Below, piece by piece: positions 1-8,000 of a stretch of DNA of 14,573 bases. How positions within the stretch are numbered: the stretch's first letter is position 1; every line of letters begins with the position of its first letter. Position numbers and translations under genes: made by a program. Origin of the DNA: Azolla caroliniana (lineage: Eukaryota > Plantae > Polypodiophyta); contig JBHGNT010000856.1 of assembly GCA_043228905.1 (NCBI GenBank), forward strand, positions 1-14,573, read 5' to 3'. The notes under the pieces were generated by a model, which saw only the letters and a list, made by a program, of their open reading frames with translations, had not been told where the DNA came from and did not search any database.

Positions 1-164
1 AGCGAGGTACCCATTTGTGTGTTCATGTTGATTAGCGTCTTCTCTTCTTTTGCTTTTCTTCCTTCGATCACGTACATGTGCTACACTACAATGGCGGATA
101 ACCTGATTTGTCGTCGGCGTCTCGAACACACAATCACAAAGAGTCAGATGGGCTTAGTGGATGT

Positions 165-176
165 GCTTTGATACCA
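165..176 (-). promoter_or_regulatory. Primer-binding site complementary to the 3' end of initiator tRNA-Met
   Basis: The + strand GCTTTGATACCA is TGGTATCAAAGC on the minus strand, one mismatch from the canonical plant PBS TGGTATCAGAGC, directly after the LTR's terminal CA. Confidence 0.8.
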
Positions 177-609
177 TGTCAAGAATTAGGTAAATAACTA
201 TGGGTTAATTAGTACCTAATTATGTGATTAAGTAACAGAAGATTATGTGATGTGTGTGTATGTATTTGAGAGTGTGAGAGGAAGTGAGAAAGAACACTTA
301 TGAACAACGAGACAAGATGGGAGGTGATTAACTATATTAAAGCATCATCAAAATACAAAAATACCCACAATGAGGTATATATACATCTCATGTGCAAAGG
401 AGCACATCTGTGAGTAGGTTATAGGTACAAAGGTGTAAGGCCTATATTAAATGAACATGGGAGTGGAGGATCTATAATGTATCCCACTCAAGTACAAAAT
501 CCTATTTAAGGCTTTAAGGTCAAAACACTAACTAGATTCTATCTAGATAACTACTAAATTACGTGTGTTGACTAAATGACTAAACTAAGTTGAGCTTGAT
601 ATCTCAACA
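177..609 (-). repeat. Long terminal repeat, 433 bp
   Basis: TG...CA termini; abuts the PBS; internal TATA-like TGTATATATACC on the minus strand near 374-385. Confidence 0.7.
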
Positions 610-887
610 CATGCCATTTGGCGATCATCCATTGTGTTTAGTGGCACATAACTTAAATAATAATAATATGAAATCCATATTGATCAAAGTGTAAACCTTT
701 AGTTTAAAAGTGATAGTTTCAAATCTTGATATTGACATTTTGTGACACCTAATTTTTGCCTCCCTAGATTCTCCTCAAGCCTTCGCCTAGTGAACGTTTG
801 CCACCTCAAACAATTCACCACATAACCCCAGATTTATCTACGAAACACTAGAAGAAGGGGAATCACATGGAGGGGCAAAGAGGGCCT

Positions 888-1219
888 TGTCACGTTACAT
901 CACGACCTCCCTGGTTAGGTCCCTCATGACCCCGCTCGAGTAGCACACGTTGACACGTTTACACATCAACATGTTTCTCCTCCTTCAAACCAAAGGTACG
1001 ATCCATGTTTGAACCTTAGTGGTATCAGGCACTGACAGGGAACTCGGATCTATCTGTCACGTTACATCACGACCTCTCTGGTTAGGTCCCTCGTGGCCCC
1101 GCTCGAGTAGCACACGTTTACACATCAACATGTTTCTCCTCCTTCAAACCAAAGGTACGATCCACGTTTGAACCTTAGTCGTATCAGGCACTGACAAGGA
1201 ACTCAGATCTATCTGTCAC
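888..1219. repeat. Tandem duplication, 2 copies (888-1054, 167 bp; 1055-1213, 159 bp), followed by a TGTCAC remnant
   Basis: Both copies start TGTCACGTTACATCACGACCTC and end GGAACTC(G/A)GATCTATC. They differ by a few substitutions and an 8-bp insertion in copy 1. Confidence 0.95.
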
Positions 1220-1978
1220 CTTCACAAGGGCATCTTTATTTCCTCCTTTTATTTGCATCACGTTAATAGAACAAGATTCTTACATGAAGATGAAGGCACC
1301 TAATTGAATAAGCATGTTGGCACTCCAAATTGAATCTAACTTCATCAAAGATGCCACAAAAATCCATGAGAAAGTGTGTGAGACCATTTATTAGCATATA
1401 TCTCTCAAAGTTTTACGGACCACGCTAGAATTGGTCTCGTTGAGTCATGGGCATCTCTCATCCATTGACGATTTCGGGTTCCTTAATTCTCCGAAATGCC
1501 CCTAGGTTTTTGGATTTACCTCGTGTGCACTAAACTTAACTTTTAGTTATCATGGTATGACCAATAAATTTACTTAAGGTTTGGTCACATTAGGAATCTA
1601 AACTTAGTTAGGGTTTGATGAAATTATTCATTTCATGGAAGCGTTGTGATTAACAATATTCACATCGTTTAAAATGATTAGTTTTATATTAATGTGCCTA
1701 ACTACATATAGTATAGTAATTAATAGTAGCAGTATTGTTTCCCAAAAAAAAAAAACAAGGACAATCGGGGAAAAAATTGCTCTTCTGTTACAGAGACTTA
1801 ACGGTTAAAAACCAAGAGGGAAAAAACATAACTAACTACCCCCAAAAAAATTTGTTGATGTTGTATCAATCTCTTCATTCGTTTTTTCTTATCTATTATT
1901 ATTATTATTTGTTCCTACTAATTCTCCTAAACAATTGCCTCAATTCGATTTTCTTTAAGTCTTCAATCAATCAAATTA

Positions 1979-2349
1979 ATGGCTCATATATATGTTGTAT
2001 ATAAATCAAATTATGACATGATGGCGATGGCGATGGCGATGATGGTGATGGTGATGGTGATGGCGATGGTGATGGTGATGGGAGAGAGAGAGATTCATAT
2101 GCATATGCATGATGCCTCCTTTGGATCCATGGCGTCCTACAATGATCATAGCAGCATTAGCAGAAGTGATGGTAGCAGTACCAACAGGGTTGCATATGGT
2201 ACCATACTGTACATGGGCACCCCCCGGGACTACGAATTCTATGTCGCGGCTCGGGTGCTCCTCCAGTCCCTCACGCGCCGCCTGCGTGTCGAGGCCGATG
2301 TCTTCGTCATCGCCTCCTTGGACCTGCCACACCAATGGGCCCTCACCCT
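1979..2349 (+). CDS. PGSIP8: GT8 glycosyltransferase, PGSIP7/PGSIP8-like, exon 1 (start codon uncertain: 1979, 2018-2078 or 2129)
   Basis: Translation contains AYGTILYMGTPRDYEFYVAARVLLQSL...VIASLD, matching my recollection of the Arabidopsis PGSIP7/8 N-terminal block YMGTPRDYEFYVATRV. Donor CT|GTAAGC at 2350, phase 2. Confidence 0.85.
2018..2080 (+). repeat. (ATGGYG)n hexanucleotide microsatellite, followed by a short (GA)n
   Basis: ATGATGGCGATGGCGATGGCGATGATGGTGATGGTG... read directly; 21 codons in the exon 1 frame. Confidence 0.95.
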
Positions 2350-2399
2350 GTAAGCCCCAACTTTAATCCTGGACTCCTCTCTTGCATTTTGGTATATGC

Positions 2400-2479
2400 C
2401 ACATTTGTTCCGATACTCTGTGTGTGTGTGTGTGGATCGATTCACATTTGTTCAGATCCTGTGTGTGGATCAATTCACA
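2400..2479. repeat. Short tandem duplication containing a variable (TG)n, in intron 1
   Basis: CACATTTGTTC.GAT..(TG)n GATC.ATT occurs twice, starting at 2400 and 2443. Confidence 0.85.
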
Positions 2480-2587
2480 AGAATGCTGCACATAAGATTG
2501 AATAAACTGGATTAATGCCGCTCCTGGATGCATCCATGATAAGCGTCGTCGATGCATCCATTGAACTATACTATTAATATTCAAGCT

Positions 2588-2978
2588 CATTAGCGTTAGC
2601 ATTAACAATGAATCAGTTCGTCGGGTAATGCGGTACTTAATGTGTAATGGTATTAGCATTAGCATGAACAATGAATCAATTCATCGGGTAATGTGGTACT
2701 TAATGTGTAATGGCATTAGCATTAGCATTAACATTGAATCAATTCAATTCGTCAGGTAATGTGGTACCTAATGTGTAATGGCATTGGCATTAGCATTGAC
2801 AATGAATCAATTCGTCGGGTAATGGTGGTACCTAATGTGTAATGGCATTAGCATTAGCATGAACAATGAATCAATTCATGGGGTAATGTGGTACATAATG
2901 TGCAATCGTAATATTAGCATTAACAATGAATCAATTCATCGGGTAATGCGGTACTTAATGTGTAATCGCATTAGCATT
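2588..2978. repeat. Minisatellite in intron 1: 6 copies of a ~63-bp unit plus a partial copy
   Basis: Units start at 2588, 2651, 2714, 2782, 2846 and 2909. Approximate consensus CATTAGCATTAGCATTAACAATGAATCAATTCRTCGGGTAATGYGGTACTTAATGTGTAATGG. Confidence 0.97.
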
Positions 2979-3097
2979 CAGTTTGGGGCATCGGATTCGT
3001 CAGATCAGCGGGTATTCGGGATTGGAATGCTTGATTGGGGAATTGAAGTATTTGAATTGAATGAATTAATTTGAATTGAATTGTTCATTTCGAGCAG

Positions 3098-3353
3098 TCT
3101 AAGCGAAGGCGTGAGGGTTATCCGAGTGCCAAACATCCGGAGCCCATTCGAGGAAGAGCTCTACTTCAATCCCCGATTCAAATTCAGCCTTAACAAGTTG
3201 TATGCATGGAGGCTGGTAGAGTACGAGCGCATCGTGATGCTCGATGTCGACAATATCTTCCTCCGAGATCCTCACGAGCTCTTCCTCTGTGGCCAGTTCT
3301 GTGCCGTCTTCATCGACCCTTGCATCTTCCACACGGGCCTCTTCGTCCTCGAG
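3098..3353 (+). CDS. PGSIP8: GT8 glycosyltransferase, PGSIP7/PGSIP8-like, exon 2 (DxD motif)
   Basis: Acceptor GAGCAG| (alternative start at 3095). Encodes LNKLYAW...VMLDVDNIFL...CGQFCAVFIDPCIFHTGLFVLE. Donor GAG|GTCCTT at 3354, phase 0. Confidence 0.92.
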
Positions 3354-3501
3354 GTCCTTAATCTTTCTTCATCTGCCATTTACTTTCTTCCAAAAAAAAC
3401 CCTAGTATGCACAACCCACACACTTTAGGTTATTTACTTTACTCCACTTGACACATTTATCAACATGATGGAGGTGGAGATTGCACCATCTTTTAACCAA
3501 T

Positions 3502-3641
3502 TTGCTACTTAACTAACAATTGGACTAGTTTGCTATTTAATCAACAATTGGACTAATTTTCTATTTAACTAACAATTGGACTAGGTTGCTATTTAACTAA
3601 CAATTGGACTAGGTTGCTATTCAACTAACAATTGGACTATC
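3502..3641. repeat. Minisatellite in intron 2: 5 copies of a 28-bp unit
   Basis: Unit TTGCTATTTAACTAACAATTGGACTAGG with variants, starting at 3502, 3530, 3558, 3586 and 3614. Confidence 0.97.
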
Positions 3642-3865
3642 TTTCCTTTGTATAGGATCTTAATCTACATCTATTTTAGATGGTGTTTTTTTTTATCAAT
3701 GCATGTGGTGCTTACTAGAATATGATCTCTAAACTAGCTGCTTCATAGTATTGTGCTAACAAATCCCAAACTAAAATAGTTTGGTTCAAATAGTTGTTTC
3801 CCAAACTAATCCTGTATTGCATTGGTTTGGTTTTTTGTGGAACTCGATATTGTGCACGAATGCAG

Positions 3866-4070
3866 CCGTCCAGCAAGGTTTTCAATGACATGAACCGCTT
3901 CTTATCGGCTCGGAATGAGAACATTGACGGAGCTGATCAAGGATTCTTGACTTCGTATTTCCGTGACTTGCTCGAGAAGCCGCTCTTCCAGACCCCCACA
4001 AACACGACATCTAGGCTCAATGGATACTACAGGCTCCCCCTTGGGTATCAAATGGATGCTTCATATTATT
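3866..4070 (+). CDS. PGSIP8: GT8 glycosyltransferase, PGSIP7/PGSIP8-like, exon 3
   Basis: Acceptor TGCAG|CCG. Encodes PSSKVF...DGADQGFLTSYF...RLPLGYQMDASYY, including the GT8 DQG motif. Donor T|GTGAGT at 4071, phase 1. Confidence 0.93.
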
Positions 4071-4203
4071 GTGAGTCATTGATAACCATCATGCACAAGG
4101 ACTAGAAATTCGTTTAATTACTTGTAAATTTAATCCTAAAGTTTCGACATGATATCGTTCTGATTAAGAGTACCATACCATTGTTTCTCGCGATTTGATC
4201 TAG

Positions 4204-4351
4204 ACCTTCGGCTCAAATGGCGAGTGCCGTGCGGACTTAACAGTGTCGTCACGTTTCCTAGTGCATCTTGGCTCAAACCTTGGTATTGGTGGTCTTGGCC
4301 AGTGTTACCATTAGGCCTCTCTTGGCATAATGAAAGAAGATCAACCATAGG
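4204..4351 (+). CDS. PGSIP8: GT8 glycosyltransferase, PGSIP7/PGSIP8-like, exon 4 (absent from the ORF track)
   Basis: Acceptor CTAG|AC. Manual translation gives YLRLKWRVPCGLNSVVTFPSASWLKPWYWWSWPVLPLGLSWHNERRSTIG, with the KPW motif. Donor GG|GTAATT at 4352, phase 2. Confidence 0.93.
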
Positions 4352-4528
4352 GTAATTATAACTTAAACGAACATTTCCATTTTAATTATAACTTAAAAGA
4401 ACATTACCATTAGGCCTCTCTTTCCTCCATGATGCAAAGAGGGGGCAAACTATTAAAATGTGCTTTTTACATGTATTAGTATTTCAAAACACATGATTGC
4501 TTATGTTTTTGTTGTTTGTGTTTTCTAG

Positions 4529-5096
4529 GTATGTGACGGAATCTCGAGCCTTGCTTGCTCAATCATTCCTCTATTCTGCCATGTTGGTGCTTACTAGTGC
4601 TGCATGGCTAGGCCTCATTCCTAGTTCCTTCATTCCTAGAGATGGAGAGAACATACACCGGTGGTCATGTGTGCCTAAGCAATTCTGGCTAAGGCATGAA
4701 CCCCTTTGCTTGACATTGTTTACAAGGGTGTTACCGCCCATTTGTATGGTAATTAGCTTCATGTTTCCAATGTGGGTGATCCCAACAACATCTCATCCCA
4801 TGGCCGCTTGGGCCGTGTTTCTACTAGGCTCCTTCTCTATGTTGGTCACAATGACAATATTGCTACAGTTAGAGTTTCGGCCAGTGTTGACACCATGGGT
4901 TCTAACCAGCGTGAGCTTGTTGGTGATGGCATTCCCATTCTACTCGAATGGTATTGTTCGGATGTTAAGCATTTTCAGTTATGGTGCTTTGTCCACGCCA
5001 TTCTTTTGGTGGTCACTCAAAACTATCTCCATGCCACCTAGTACTAATACTCAAGGCAAAGATCAAGCTAGCATTAAAAGGAATCCTTCCGATTGA
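4529..5096 (+). CDS. PGSIP8: GT8 glycosyltransferase, PGSIP7/PGSIP8-like, exon 5 (multi-pass membrane C-terminus)
   Basis: T-rich tract then TTCTAG|G. Several hydrophobic segments and PVLTPW...LLVMAFPFYSNGIVR, similar to the PGSIP7/8 C-terminus. Stop TGA at 5094-5096. Exon lengths 371+256+205+148+568 = 1548, divisible by 3. Confidence 0.9.
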
Positions 5097-8000
5097 TTAC
5101 ATAGGTCCAACATTGTTTTTGTAACTGTATGTACATGTAAATATATCATGAAATTGTAATGGCACTTGTGTCTATATGCTGGTGAGATTCATGATGTGCA
5201 TTATGAGCCCAAAAACACATTCTTTGTAGCCCACTTCATCAAAATTTATGGACAAGGCGATTATAGTAAGCATATTGTTTTCAGTGTATATATAACAACA
5301 TTGTCGGTATGACACAATAACATGTAATGAATAAAGATTCAAGCAAGCAAGCATCGTTCAATGACAAATAGATTATAACCACACAAATGGCATCATGTGA
5401 ATTGCTAAGGATGGCTTATGTGCTCCAGGGGTTTTACTATGTATTCTTTATATTTCAATTGGGAGAGGAGAGTGTAGTGTACATTTGCTTAACTTGCCTT
5501 CCCTATCTTTGCACTATTATCATCGTTATGGTTCATTGTAATAGTACATGACCCATACACTAGGACCCAATAGTCGAAAAGAGAATCCATAGCTTCCTCA
5601 TGCCTCAAAGAAAATAAATTGAAATACACACTACCACCTTTTAGCAACAAACTTTTCTATTTTGTGTGTGTGTATATATAGTCTCTATTTTTAGTTGTAA
5701 GTTTATACTAACATTTGTGAAAACAAAAGCTAGGTGATCTACACATTGCATAAATTATCTTATATCCTAGCATCATTCAAGCACAATCACATACAAGTGC
5801 AAATGTTAGAGTCTCACTATTTAGTAAACAAAATATAAGTAAAAATAGACCAAAGGAACGAAAGAGGGGTGTCACACCACCCTTTTGCAACGATGAAGGA
5901 AGTCTTGAGACGAGTAAATGGAACCTACAAGTTAGGAATGGGGAACAAATAATGAAACACACATAGTTGCATCATCTCTAGGTGTACCACACTAACTAAG
6001 CACATCTTCCTTGCGGTCTAATCTCTTTCTCCTTACTGAAATCGTTTGTTGGCTTGGCGATATGCGGCTCGACGCATCGAGCACGAACTATACGACATCA
6101 TCAAATACCTTTTCTTAGGAGAAATGGGTGAGAGTGGTTGTGAAGAACTCCTAAGCTACTACCATTAATGTATATATGTCATAATTTATGCAAACTCTTC
6201 CTCTCCTCTCTAAACCAAGAAGCTAAAAGTGCTTCAATGGGGCTTAACTTATAGTTATAGGATAATAAATGTAAGGACATACACGAATACAACTAACCAT
6301 GCTTCAATTAGTAATTATACATCATATAACAAATACAAGAAAACTAGTTCTTGACTTAAGAGTGAAGTCATTAGCACTAATCTCATGACAAGTGAGAGAA
6401 GAGATAGAGAAAGAAAAGCTCCAGCTTAAATTTTAATCAATAAGTAGCCTAAAAAGGCAAACAAATGATCATTATAGTATGTTACAAAGTATTGGCTTCC
6501 ACTCTAGTGTGACCACATGACTTTAATTCTCTAGCAATCTCTCTTGTATTCTCTTCTCTTCTTCTAACTTTGCATACTTGGTAACAATGTTGATATCCTC
6601 TTTGTCCGTGACATGTATGGTAGGTGATTACCATCACCCCAACCTAAGAATAGATGGGTAAAAGTTAGAATAGTGACAACACGTCAATTGAGCTTTGGAT
6701 TCGTAGTTAGGGATATAGAGGCATTTGTTGACAATGTTCTTCATGGCCCATGGTATCCCAACTTCGGTGTGATCATCTGGCTAGGACAGGGAACGATTGG
6801 AAATTTGAAGTGGATTGATTGTAGGGCACAATACCAATGTCGTGGAAGAGAAAAGAAGACGATCTTCGTTTGGATGCTTAATGGGTGGCTCACAAACCAC
6901 TATCGAAATTGGTAACCAATGTGCATATTGTCAAAGAAATGGAGGCACCAAGACTATGTTCCCTCAATCTAGAAAGACCTAAGGTTCCCTAAACATGACA
7001 CAATATCTTTCATAGCTCCTCAAGTGTGAGCATGAGGGACACATATGCCTAATACGTTGATGAATGATGGTCTATATGATGACAACAAGACAGGCTAGAT
7101 GATGCCAACACCAACACAATAATGGGAACACCATCCACAACACAAATATTTTCCACCTATCTTATAGTACCCACCCATTCAATTGGTCAACTAATATTAA
7201 TTACTCATACTTTGACAACAAAACCATACCTCCTTCACCACAAATTGACACCACCATACTAAACACTCGTTCAAACAAAGATAAATCAACCTAAATGCTA
7301 GTAACCATACTAAACTACCACAACAATAGAAACAATCATAGAAATGATTAGGACAACCAGTAGACAAAAAAATTACATATCAAGAAGTTACATTGTAGGA
7401 TTTTTGTCAGGTCTTAAGTCTGTATGTTGAGTCTTACCTTTGCATGGCATTGCATGATCAATGGTGCAAGTGAATGTCATGTGGATTCCTTTGAAGAACT
7501 TATACAGTCCAAAACATCTTGCTAGCACCCCCCGCCCCTCTTTGGCTTTCAATGCCTTTAATGAATTACCACTCAAGAATCTTCCCACCAACAAACAACC
7601 AACTCAAATAAGCCCATCATGATCCATTACACCCCACACACCAACCCTCACCCCGTCAATGTTCCTAGCTTTACTCCTCTCTCAACCAATATCATCAACT
7701 CCATCCTCGCAACCAATGCCCTCATCTCGAACCTATGTGATTTAACCTCATAAGTGGTGACACACAAGAGAGTGCATTCATTAAGCCACGGGAATCTATT
7801 AACAATTTTGGTACACCTAGACATTGGTTAGAAATGAAGGAACAAGTGTAGCACTAAGGAAAGGGACAAAGGAATTGAGATATTTGTGTCACAATATGAA
7901 AAGACCCAAGGATATTGTAATAAGTTGTAAAAGACACTTATATGAGTCTTTTAAGCTTCTTTTTAGTATTTAGTAACTTCAACTAGAGCTTAAGCTCCCA

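Larger units (their letters stand above)
1..609 (-). mobile_element. 5' end of an LTR retrotransposon (Ty1/Copia-like): 5' LTR, PBS and leader, running off the left edge of the window
   Basis: On the minus strand, 609-177 begins TGTTGAGA and ends TCTTGACA (TG...CA with imperfect terminal inverted repeats). It is immediately followed by TGGTATCAAAGC. No coding domain lies in the window, so the superfamily call is inferred from LTR size and ends. Confidence 0.75.

Noticed and set aside
1608-1616. Telo-box-like TTAGGGTTT upstream of the GT8 gene (and AACCCTAAA near 13472)
   Set aside because: Single short motifs are expected by chance in AT-rich plant DNA, and I saw no supporting partner elements.
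2006-2335. Antisense ORF with a poly-His tail
   Set aside because: It is the reverse reading of the ATGGYG microsatellite and GC-rich exon 1, with no independent support.
2588-2978. CRISPR-like array, or the ORFs 2835-3074 and 2363-2671
   Set aside because: The units are head-to-tail with no unique spacers, there are no cas genes, and the array lies in a spliceosomal intron. The ORFs arise because the ~63-bp period is a multiple of 3.
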